Source: Lingula anatina (Eukaryota; Animalia; Brachiopoda). From it: 64,000 bases of DNA. Below, one piece after another: positions 49,201 to 62,000 of the stretch; position 1 is the stretch's first letter; each line of letters starts with the position of its first letter. The notes under the pieces are model-generated. The model was not told the origin of the DNA. It worked only from the letters and a program-made list of their open reading frames with translations, and did no database searches. The DNA is taken from NCBI GenBank assembly GCA_051362555.1, contig CM120640.1, positions 35,421,967 to 35,485,966 on the forward strand, written 5' to 3'. Made by a program: the position numbers and the translations under genes.

Positions 49201-52200
49201 TCTGTAGCATACTATCATGATGAATATAGTGAGCAGTTGTGGCTTGGCTGGTAACAGCTTTTCAAAACAATAGTTTAACCAATATCTTTATGTAGAGGAT
49301 ATGACAGCAGTTTTAGGAAAATGATTCTTGACTTAAAACTGATGAAACAATACAGAATAATATCTAGTTTAACTTCATGCTGTCTGGGGGTGGGGGTGGG
49401 GGTGGGGTTGGGGGGGGGGAACAAGAGCTACATGTAAAATCCGAAGGTATAGATTACTGTCTTTTAGAGATAAATTAATATTAGATAGATTTGTAAAGCA
49501 GTTGCTGTTCTAATTTTGTAGCACTTTCAAGTTGAAAAGAATGTTTTTTCAAAGAAAATTATTTTTGGTGATAGCTTCTGTAAGCATTATAATATTTTTT
49601 GAATCAGTTTTTTTTGTTAAGGCATAACTGGGTAAAAAAGTTCAAACTCGTGTTCTTAGGGTCCATGATATCCATAACACAAAAAAAACCCAACTAAAAA
49701 ATCTGCTATAAAATTTTTTGTGCAACAAGTGGTACACTTGAAATTCAATTTGCTGCCTCATTCCATATGATATGAACCAGAAGTTCACCTGCCATGCAGT
49801 GTTATAAATAGGAAATCCAAGCCCTATTTATCACTCTACCACTTATAACTTAAGATATGTGAACAAAATAAGCCCTGGTCTAGACTTTGTACAATTTGAC
49901 ATAACAAAATAAAAGCTAAGCTGATTTACTTGAGATAAGATACAAATGCGATAGCCTGGAATTCCAGAACAGGAACAATTTAGACTTTAAAAAGTTCACA
50001 AAGTTATTTTTAATTTTTTTAACAGAAAATTGAAAAACAAACATCCTTTTGTAGAAACGAAGTATGTTTTAAATCTTTTTTTTAGGGGGTGGGGGTGGGG
50101 ATTGTCACTTCTTGTTCTTTTGATTCAAGTCTAATTGATACCGTACAGATTAAATTTGTTTCAGTAAACATCTGTTTGTATTGGAGAACTGCTTTCAAAG
50201 ATTCCTTTTAAGTTTTTAGCACCAAGCAGTGTTGAGTATATTTTGTAATTAATGGCATATTGTGTAAATATGTGTATTCAGCATTTCATCATAGTTTCTT
50301 TTAGTTCAGACAATAAATTATAGACCCAACCCACTTGTTGAAATAATCCTTGTTGCAGTGGGGGTAATGTCAGACAACTGGCTGTGTTAACCACAAGCAC
50401 AGCTGGGTTTTTGTTTCGGGGATAGTTCATTTAACTACATTTTACTGCTTTTTTGTTGAGTAATGGTGCTGTTTTTAAAAAAGAAATATTAAAGAGTCTA
50501 TCCCTAACACATTTTAATACATCATATGTTAATTCTTAGTTTTTTATTTTGGTACTGTAGTAGTGTAGGTTTTAATATGTTATCTTTTTAGGAAAATTAC
50601 CTTTGACTCAATCATGTATCGAAAACAGTATCCGTAAATAAAAGGGAAAAAATTGACATGTCAGGGTTAGAACATTTTCCTTTTACTAGGAACACATTCT
50701 GTATGTGTTATTCAAAGGTGGATTTTATTCATTAAGATTGGAACTCTGTACAAGAGGGTAATCTGAAACCACTGCTAACAGCTGGTTGGCAAGTTGAAAC
50801 AAGGCAGCCATCTTGGCACAGAGCGGCACACGAGTGCTTGCAGCAGCAGACACATTGTTAATAAGGTGAGAACTGATTGTCACAATTTAAGAGGTCATTC
50901 TTAGGTTAGTTATTACAAAGATATGTAAGTGAATGAATTATGCTTGTGTCATATTAAACAGTTGCTGTGGTGATTAGTTGAGAGCTTTAGAGGAGGTCAG
51001 TACAAGTGGTATATGTTCTTTAAAGAGTAGCTCCAGTAGAAATATTTCAAGAGTATGGGGATTCATATTCATTCTTTTAGATGGTTTTGAACTCTGTTTG
51101 GTTGAAGCTCACTTTCTCTTGTAGAAAATATATTGTTTTTTTTTTTATTTACGTACATACATGATAACCAGAGTAAGACTGCAATTTTGAGAATGGAGTC
51201 TTGTACATAGGTATTACTTAAATTTATTCAAAAAGTCACATTAGGCTATCCATATGATTACATGTATTTGTTTAAGGCAATTTCTTGTATTTTATTCCAG
51301 CAGGATTTGTTCAGTAACAGTTGCTTAGAAAAAGGAAATACCAATAAGTGTACTGATGAAATAAACCTACTACATGTAGTATAAATATTTGATTGTCTGG
51401 AATTGCTTCTCCAACTGATTGCCAAGTTCAGGTTCTAAGTGCTTGTGATTGGAGACATACTAAAGGATGAATCATCAAAAGGAACATCCTGAATAAATCT
51501 GAAGATTTCCCTGCAGGATATATATACTATATATAATACCCGGTACATTGAGAAAAGTAAGCAGATATTGATAAGTCAGTGACCTTGGACATAAATGATA
51601 TTAAAACTGCTTGTACATGCCTGAAGCATCTCCCTTTATTGCCACTATATTGTTGTCAAGGTCAGATTGATTTCCCATATTATGTCCAGAAGTACATGCA
51701 GTTCAAATTGATCATTTGCTGTTGCCCATTTTATGGTGGTCTTATGAGAGAAGATCTCAAGAGATTAGAAAAGAACAGCCCATCTGACATACTATACTAT
51801 GACCTCATTGCAGGAATAATATTTTTCTGCACTTGAGTGGGGCTATTTGGATGTAAATGTATTTAGAAGGTCTGGTTATGCCTGTACATGTAGCCCAGAG
51901 CATTCATCAATACTTTGTTTAGTGACGTAACATAATCAGATAGCATTTTAGGAATTACTGGTGGTTCAATATTGGGGGTTAATGAGAGCTCTGTGTCAAT
52001 AGGTTAAACCCATTTTGGGTTGATAGTGAATTATCTATTACAGGGAGATTGGATTTGGCTGTTTGATTTGGTTTTTCAGGTCACAGAATTAGTTGACCTA
52101 ACTGGGTCTAAGGCTGTACATGTTAGGTAAGTTCTGTTTGGAGTACCCCAAGTTTCAACGGTTTGTGAAAACTCATATATTTTATTAGTACATCTATGCT

Positions 52201-52208
52201 GTTTCCAG

Positions 52209-52220
52209 ACAGCTGGAAGG
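52209..52220 (+). CDS. candidate 12-nt microexon (DSWK) of the putative CELF gene
   Basis: atgctgtttccag|ACAGCTGGAAGG|gtaagt. Symmetric phase 1, open, and in frame with the exon ending at 42567. Confidence 0.45.
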
Positions 52221-55200
52221 GTAAGTACAGTGATTGGTGATTGTTTGCTTGGTAGAGGTCAGTTACTATCAATACTCTGAAACTGATGGTAAAATGTAAG
52301 GCTGTTTTAGAGAATGTTCAGCTGATGTCTCTGACATTTCTCTTGTATAAAGTTGAAATAATGGCCACTTAAGTGAATTACCAAAGTTGCCCATGACGTC
52401 AGAAAACGTCATTTGAGCTAAGAAGAAAAAGAAGACATAGAGAAATATGTTTTAGATACCTAGAACCCATTTGGACTTTATTTCCGTGGGCTAAAGTATA
52501 GAACTGAATTCAGACGGAAAAGAGTGTTTATTATGTTGCTGCCATGTAAGATGTCAGAGCCCTTGTGAACTGCCAGGTGTTTGCATTTCTTGGAATTATT
52601 AGCACCAGTTAAGCCATTGAAGATAATATTGCTCACAATGCTGGGTAGGTTTAGGTAATTGTATTAGTCCTAATTAGATTAATTGTTTTGAAAAAGCAGG
52701 AATGCATGCTTCCTGCACTGAAAAGCAGCAGTGATCATGTACCATGGCAGCAAAACAAAGCCTCTTGGTTTATTTAAAGATAAAAGGATTATTGAAAAAA
52801 CTCAAGTGGCTTTACTTTGCAGTATGCCCATTTGATTTGTGACCATAATAGTGGACAAGGTGAGTTACTTACAAGTTATCCCAATCGTTGCCAAAAAAAA
52901 AAAAAAAAAAAAAGAACCTGCTGGGTTACACTGAAGTGGGACATGGTATTGTACAAATCTGATTTGTTCTGTAAGAAACTGTTGTGAACACACACAAATA
53001 TTGTATTTCTAGTCGAGTTGGAACTATCAAACTTAGTACCTCCTATCTGATGCGTCAGGCCTTCTATTTATGAGTTGCTCATTAAAGGAAGGCATTGATT
53101 TAACAGCTGTGACTGAGGTCCATGCTTTAATGGTAGCAGACAGGACAGCTTCGGATATGAATTTCCTACTTTTGTGAACAAATGATAAAGAAAATGAGGT
53201 TGGCCCAACAAGGATGGAAACACTGCTTAAGACAAAGAATTTAGATGAAAGGGAATGGAGTATGTAAAATACTATAGGTGGGCAAATTGGTGCGAGTCTT
53301 ATTTATTGGTGGACATGTTTGGTCAGAGATGGATAAACTAGACAAATAGACCAAAAACAAAAAAAGGGGGGGAGCAGAATGTATGTAAATGTCTCTGCAG
53401 TTTACTATAGTGGGCTACATAGTCCCTTACTGAACATTTAAGTTAACACTTGGACTTTTTTGGAATCTTAAAATTGTCAGTGGTCGGTGAATGTTGACCA
53501 CTGAATGACCCATGCATTGACCAAAGCATTGGTCTGGATCAGATATTTGGTGATAAACTATTCTGAGAACAGGTGGATGCTTGGCTTTTAGGCATAGATC
53601 TACAGGTGGACTGAAGGCTCTGGGTTGAAATATGTGTATGCTTGTGCATGGACATTGCTCGTGCATGCGTGCTTGTGTATGGCTGAATACATGTTGGCCG
53701 AATTGTCTCTATGAGAAACTTTGACTATTAATGCTGTGTCTTCATAGTACAGGTATATGTTTAGAAGTATTTAGTGCTCAGTAGGACTTACCGGTATTAG
53801 ATGAGAGGTGAGTGCACACACCCAGGTAATAGGGAGTTTTCCAGTTCAGATGTACATAGATGTGCAAGGTAAACGGAAGAAGCCAGGTAAGAAATAAAGA
53901 TGAATGGGAGTTATGTTTACATGTACATGTTATGATGTACCTGGTGGTCTTATCCATGTGATTCATAATGAGGAGAGAGTTTTTGGCCCAGAATTTGGAA
54001 TGTTTGTTATCATCACATTCTGTTCTACAGTATAGACTGTATTGACTCTATCTTGTCAGAGGCAAGACGGCTGATATGTTGCCAATTTAAATGAGAAGGA
54101 ATATGTAAGGTTGTATACATACTTTTTTGCTAGGAACACTGATGTATGAATGAATTGCATTGTTAAACATGTGCCAAGGCCTCCGATTCGTTATTTTGTT
54201 GAATATGACAGATTGTTTTGCTGTAGAATATAAGACATTCATGATGAGATGCTGTTTGTGATAGGCTGGTCCATTGACAGTTGGCAGTATTAGGATCTTT
54301 GTGAAAATGATGCATGATTGAACTTGTGCCTGGGCATTTTATTCATATGACAGAATGGAAGCTGTTTGGGATGATGAAAAATGATGATATGAGGTACGCT
54401 AGTATATCTTTGAGTTGAATGGCAATATCCTTCTGTCAAAGTAACAAGAAATATGAAGAAAGTGCTGCATTCATGGTAATTATGATGAATGAGTGTCTGT
54501 TAAGTTTACATGAGAGACTGATGAAAGAATATGATTTTGACCTAGAATATGAAATGTTAATGATGAGTCGATCTGTCTGTATGTATACATATTTAGGCTG
54601 GTATTCTCGGTAGACGAGATATTTTGAGATGCTGGTATCAGACAGTGGGATAGGAGATTGTAAATGTTACATTTTTGCAAACATTCCCGCTAGGAAGGTG
54701 TTCACACCACCATTTATATTGTCAGGTGAGTTGTTTGAAGACATGGATAGTTATCTATGTCTTAATAGGTTAATCCTGCATGTTTACTTTAAAAACAATT
54801 GATTCCTAGTAGTGCATCTTTTATTTTATAATAATAAGAAATCTGTGTAGGAATTTTCATTCTTAAATGAATTCTTGCTATGTATTGGTGGAAAACTTCG
54901 CATGGATTGAAATAATTTAAACTCTTTGAAACAGCTTGCTTAAATCAGTGAATTATTTTGTAACTTCTTGTATGACTTTTGATTATTAATTTTTTTTTTC
55001 AAAATTAACCTTTTAAACCCAGAAGTCCACTTTGCTAAACCTTGCAATAAGCTGCTGGCATATTGCCATTTGTAACCCAACATATAAAGTTTTTTTCATT
55101 TATAACATAGCTTGTCCAAGTTTGTAGTCACATGTTGCTAGGAGGATGTTCTTTAAAACAATAGAAGTCTGCTGAGTAATCCTTCCTTGTCTGTTTTTGG

Positions 55201-58200
55201 CAGTGTTATAAGTATATATACATTATTTGCAGTTAATAAGATTTTTTAATATAATTGAAATACCAGATATTTTGGCAGTCATTTAGCAACGCTTTTGTAT
55301 TCAGATTCATTTATAATGTAGTTTGGACAATATTGATGTTATTTTAGACTTACAAATACAAACATTTCTCTAGATTTTGTAAACTGCATATCAATATGTT
55401 TTTTTTTTTATTTGGTTATGTCAGCGATGTTTATTTTGGCAATTTTTTATCCGTCTCTATACTGACACTTGGCAGTTCATGCAGCATATATTTTATTCAT
55501 CGCATCAGTTCCATGTATCAAGATTTATAGTTCTACATGAAACAGTGTATAGTTAAAAATGATTATCTGTTGTTAGTGGCAAAAATACTGTATGCCAGTG
55601 CAGTTTTACAAAGTGCAACACATCACAGTGTATTTCCAGTGCTGCTCTTTTTATGGGTACATGAAGCACTAGCACTGTAGATGGTTTCTGAGAAGTTGCC
55701 TTCGGTGCTAGGCAACTCTGATATTTATGTGGGTGTTAATGTGGTTAAGCAGTTTTTCTTTTGTTCTTAATAAGCAATAAAAATCCAGTGTTGGTATGGG
55801 GTTTGAGTCTAATATACATGCCCTTTGTATAGGTAGAAAAAACTCAAAAGGACTGTTTACACTGGCCATGTGGACTGCAGCAGAAATGCTCCAGTATCAG
55901 TGCTAGTGAGTCTTGTTTGTTGTCTGAAGAAGCCAAAGAAATAAACAAGAAGTTGATTGCATTACGTCAGCTGACTCTTTACATTTATACAGACTAAAGC
56001 AGGGACATCTTGTATGCAAACCTGATTTGAAATGAGTGCAAACCAGGGAGGGATTTTGCGTGAGGGATTTTTCACAATTTGGTGTTGTGTAAATGTGATA
56101 TTGCACTAATTACCTAGGAGTAAGTGGCCATGGAAACAATTGCCTACATGTGTATATCATTTATTTAAAACCAGCAGTGTAATTAAGATAATATAATGAG
56201 CATTTAGAAGGTAGTTATTTAAGTGAAAATAACTGAATGACAATAACTGGAATAGGGGTAAGTAAATAGGGATAAGAAATGAAATATTAAGGTGTTGCAG
56301 TGTCACAGCTGTTGGAGTTGTTTCTTAACATTTGAATAATTTATTGAAGTATTTTTTTTCTAGGATTTATATTATTTAATTTCTTTCTTGCATCATCATA
56401 GATACATGTATGATAGAGTGTGTCACTGTTTATTTTTGAGAGGCTAAAGAGCATTTTGTAGCAATGACCATGCTGAAAGTTAAGATAACTCAAACTTATA
56501 TTGCTTTTATTTATTTTAGGTGGTAGTCCATAAAAAGCAAATTGGGGTGAAGAATAGTTAGAAGAAGTGTCCAACAAGGAATGAGGTATGTCTACAATGT
56601 ATGCAATGTAGTTCAGAGAAATATGCAAAATTTCTTTAAAATGATAAGATTATGTACGTACAATTCTAAACTAAACCATTACAATAAGCATTGCACTTAT
56701 TTTAAATTTCTATGTTTATAATTTATTTTATAATGATATAGATGAGACTTAAAGTATACTGACTTGATCTATTTACTGTATGTAAAAATTGAGTGTCATT
56801 TATTAGATGAGTCATATCCTTGTATGTTTAATTAATTCATTTGAAACCACAATGCAGCAGACTGGGAAGCCACAGTCTCTGTATCTGCTAGAAGATGATA
56901 CAAAATCCCATCATAGATAATAACATCAGTAAAGTTTTAGTCTGCACAAATATCTTCACATAATATTTTCTCTAAAATTTTGTCAAAAATTAAAATTACC
57001 AAAACAAAACAAAAACAAGAACAAATTATTTCATATATAGCCTTCAGTTAACACTACCTTGATTGTGTAGTTGTCTGATTCATAAACTAAATATAACATC
57101 ATAACAACTTAATTATGAGGTACACTTCATTCCAAGCTAGTCGTTCCAACCCATTCCATGCAGACAGGAAAAGGAACTTTATGAATTCTATTATCAGTGA
57201 AGATGGATAAATGCCATTGTTTAGACTACTTCACAAACTACTTATTGAGGCACAGGTACAGATAACATTTGGGGTACATCTATAGATAATCACTGGTCTT
57301 TTTGTTTAACAGGAAACCTACAGCCAGTGTTTAGTACAGTATTCTCTTGAGGGGGGTCATAGAGATAATGAAGTGCACGACTCATGTGATATCAGTGTTG
57401 GCAAAACACAAAACGCAGCCAAAGATTATTAGGGTTTTTGATTAGGAGAGAGTTGAGCTAGGGGATTGATCATTTAACGTGTTCCTGGATCAATGTGAGC
57501 TGATTTTGTGCAACTGAACACCAGGAAAAGTTGGGTTTTAAGCAGTTTAAAGAGAGGTAATCATCAGAAACATTTTGAAAGGAAGGCATTGTAGACTGCA
57601 GAGTAAAATCCATGATTAATGCCTGGGATGTAAGAATACAGAAGGATTTATCATTGATCTGAGTCTGGATTTGAGCAGATTCATCAGACTTGTTGACAAA
57701 TGACAGGGAAGTGGAGTTACTGAATGGAACTCATTTGTTGGGAAGTTATGCCAATGGAAAATTACTAGATCGAGTGAATAAGTAAAAAGTGAAAGTTTTG
57801 CTGGGACTATCATTTGGGCTCTAGAGGTAAGATGACATTTAACGTATCATATATTTAGTAGGTTCTCTTTTTCCTGTTATGTTAGCTGATGGCTGATGCA
57901 TTTAATAAGTTATTTGAAAATAAGTTGTTTTTCATGTCTTAAATGTGAAAAAAGGAAAATATATCCTGGCACAAAAGTTTTTTTTTTACCACCAGTACAC
58001 GTTTCTTCATTTAGGTTAGCAAATGGAGCCAAAAGATAAAAAAGTCTAAACAATTGAGCATATCCAATTTTCTCTTGTGAAAAATACACAAATCCTGCCC
58101 TATGTTATACGCTTCCTTGATTCAAGAGATAAAAACATTGATTGCCTCTACAGTCATTGCATTTTACTTGGTAACATGGGCAGCTCAGATTGATTAAGTA

Positions 58201-58801
58201 AACGAAACATAATTTGAAGCAACTCTTCCATGTGAGCTTACAAAATATGTTTACTGTTGCTTGCAATTGATAGATTTTCTCCCATGTTATGTGCATTTAC
58301 TTTTCATGGCCCGTGACATAAGCTTAAGCTGCATATTTGTACACAGTCATGTTATTTAGAGCAGGTAGATGCATTTTTTTCACCAGATATCTTTCAGATT
58401 TACACAGTGAAAGGAAAGTTAATGATATTAGATCACAAGGGAAAATATATATATGTACTTACTCGAATAAGGAAGTGATGTTTGAGATCTAGTGATCACC
58501 TTTATTTCATTAGGACACATACATGTAGATAGTAGCATTTTGATTTTGCAGAAGAACATAACACTGAAAGGTGTGTTCCTAAAAAGACCAAATAATTAAG
58601 TTATTACTATATAAGTTTTTGCTAAAGGATATAACCAAAAAAAAAAAAAAACTCATTTAACTGAAGTCACTATTGATCAGTGACAGATTAACAAATTACA
58701 CAACCTGTCCTTGTCCCCACCCACCCCAAGCCCACTCTGACCACAGGGTTTTCCAGTAGTCTGTTACAAAAATGTTGAAAGCTCACAGTGTGATTCTGTA
58801 T

Positions 58802-59037
58802 AGTATTATAGTGGGCTGTTTTATTCTTTTCTAGCCCTTAGCGACGCTATATTCCAGCCACCTTTAATAATTACGTCATTTCCAACCGTGCTCCATACAT
58901 ACCTACTTATAACGGGTTGTCTGGGTGACTCCCTATTGCCACCATGTCCATGACGTAATTATCAAACATAGCAAAAAATGTATCTTTTCACTTAATTTTA
59001 TACTTATTTTGAAGAGGAATAAAGTATTATAGTGGGC
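58802..59037. mobile_element. short repeat-derived insertion with 15-bp direct repeats and an internal 13-bp inverted repeat
   Basis: AGTATTATAGTGGGC at 58802 and 59023. ATAATTACGTCAT (58867) pairs with ATGACGTAATTAT (58950). CpG-richer than the flanks. Confidence 0.5.
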
Positions 59038-62000
59038 CCCGGATATCAGAGGGTGTCCCAAGCCCCTCTAATGCCTCGCATGATGGCTCAAATGGTGTCA
59101 CAATTGGCGATCATATTGACTTGTGAGGTATAACTGTGTAACATTCATATTTTCTGGAGAAAACTGACCTGGCTGTCAGTCAGGGGAGTATTTCTCCTTG
59201 AAGATGTGTTCACAGCTGGGAAGTGGAGTTTTTTGGCATGTTGGCTAAATTTAGCCTGTGGGTATGGGCAGATGGTTGAACTTTACCAAGGAAGTAGGTT
59301 AAACAGATACCTGTAAGTTTTTATACATGAATGGTACAATGTCTTCAGAGATCATTTTGTTTTTGTCAGACAGAGGCAATACAGCACGTGCTTTGTTTTT
59401 CTCTTCTGTCATATTTTTTATACTGAACCTTTTTAATGACCAGTTTGAAGCATTCAATCTTTAATACTGAAAATATTACAAAATGGCTGTTTAATTTCTT
59501 TAAATGAAAAATGATATCAAGAATTCCTGTCAAAGACAGCTCAATTTGTTCACAAAAGGGAGTCTTAAGTTACATTTATAGATTGGTTTGTGTAAGATTA
59601 AGGACTCCATTTGGAAGAATGCAATATTCCCTGTTGTTTATAGATACAATCAGCAACATGTGTGGGTTTTCAGGAAAGGTAAGAGGAGATGAAAGTTATT
59701 GACAGGGGATGGCAGTTTTTGGTAAAAAAAATGAAAATCATTTGGTCTAGTAAAAATGATATGGCACTGAAGTTAGCTCTCACTACTGGAAATGCACCAT
59801 TGCCAGTGCACAAGATTCCAGTTGTTCTTATCCTCAGGGTTTCCTGATACATCATTTGCAGTACATATTACATCTTTTAAAAAATACAGCTGAAGGGTAG
59901 AGGCAGAAGCGAGCCAGACACTTGGTGTGGACCCATGCAGACACTCTTCTTACTTCAGATAGCTGTTGGTAATGAATGCCCCTCAGATTAGGAAGTCTGA
60001 GCTCTTGTCACACCTGAGAGATTTGAATGGCAGGTCTTTGGTTATTTTTTTTCTGGAGGCCTCCATGCTGGCTGGTCAGTGTGTTTAGCTTGTGCAAACA
60101 AACTAGCCACTTTACTGCCACTATTGTGGCCAGTAGTTCTTTACCTACAGGGGATAACAAAAGATATTAGTCTGTAATGGTGTATGACAGGTGCTGTGAC
60201 CTACTGACTTATGTTTACTGTCTGCAAGGTGAACAATATATAGAATTTACTGTGCTGTTCAGTTGTTTGGTTGTATATCTCAATACACATTTCCTCCTGT
60301 CTTTCAGCATGATTTCACAGATGTGTTAGTTGGAATGGAAATTAATGGAAACTGTACAGTGAAATGTGACTGGTGCAACAAGCCTTGGTATCAGCCTGCC
60401 AAAACTTGAAGTTATGGTTGAATGATTGGTTTAAAGATGAGGGATATGTGAAAGTTCACTTTCAGGCTGGTTGCTGTCAATTGCTGGTCTTATTTCTACC
60501 AAACAAAATCCTGTACTTGGTCCCTTTAAAAACCTGCGATCTGCTTTGATTTTAGAAAACATTCAAGTGTCTGATCATTTTACAGAAAACCCAGATAACA
60601 GAGAAACCAATTTTGCCTATCAGGTGTTATGTGTGATTTTATCTAAATTGCCTTTTGTTGTTTGAAATTTAATTTCCCCAATGAGCTGGTATTGAAACAA
60701 CTGCATTACGATAATCAGATTTCTTTCAGTGAAGCCAAGAGTGGTTCTTGTCAGGTAATATGGATTGCAGCAGTATGCTGGGTTGAATAGCATATACTGC
60801 TGACAGCTATTTTTAATCAGCAGTAAGATAATATAGTTTACATAGAGAGATTCCCCACATTTTCATTACCTAAGCACAGCACATTATATCACCAATAACA
60901 ACAGTGCTGATTGGAAACGCACTGGAATGAGTGCATGACTTTTTGACTTGAACACGTATTAACGTGTATTTAATCAAATCAGTGCAGATTGTTATGTCAG
61001 AATAAAGTTTTTGTTTCTTTTCACACTGCAAACAAACATTTGATTCAACAATTTCAAGATGTTTTCCAGAATATGACATGCACCCTGTAACAGAAACATC
61101 ACACAATGAGAAAGCCCTCGGGTTTTCTTTCTGATTTCAAGACTCAGTTTCTGTTTTATTTCTTTTCATGGCAGCTTGTTCAGAATAAGATCATAGGGTA
61201 ACCAAACAATAAAAACTTTATATTATAGCAACATGATCTTAGAAATTTAACTCCTGGGCAGTGACTTTTTATTATTTATATTTTGGCAAGTAAATACAAC
61301 TGGAGTTATTTTGATTGCATTACTGGTAAGATTATTTTGATAGCTACAGGTGAGTTATTTCTTGTAAAGTCACAAGATAACTATTTGATGCCACAAGTCA
61401 AATATTTCTGTATTGACATACACATGGAATAGTGTTGAAATGTACCCATTGTGTGCTGTACCCTGAAATAAAAAGTTACCTGAAATGTGTTAATATGTGT
61501 TAAAATGCAAGGATTTCATTTTTGGTAGTAAAAATGATTTAACATGCACACACTCACACTCACACACACGCACAGCACCACCAGCATTGATACGGATGGT
61601 TTTGTACTTAATTTTGAGGTGGCCCCTTTTAGTTATTAAAAATAGCAGCAGAATTGTTTAAATGTGATTTTTACATCCTACAATGACACAAAGATTTTTA
61701 CACAGATAAAGGGATATGGTTTCATTAGAATAGGAACACATTATCGACATCTAAAAATATTTTCATGAATAAGATAATTTAATTTTACTGATACTGTTTT
61801 ATAGAACTTTGATGCATTCAAAAACATACTTAGTGTTGGTTGATTGACATTTTTGAAAGAAATACATTCTGATGTAGTCAAATTATCTACAGTTAAATGA
61901 AAGCAATATGTTATGTGATACATTTCCTGGATTCTTTTAACAAATAGTTGTGAAGGAGTTCATTATTATCTTGTCAAAGCCATCCTTGGAAGCATATCAC

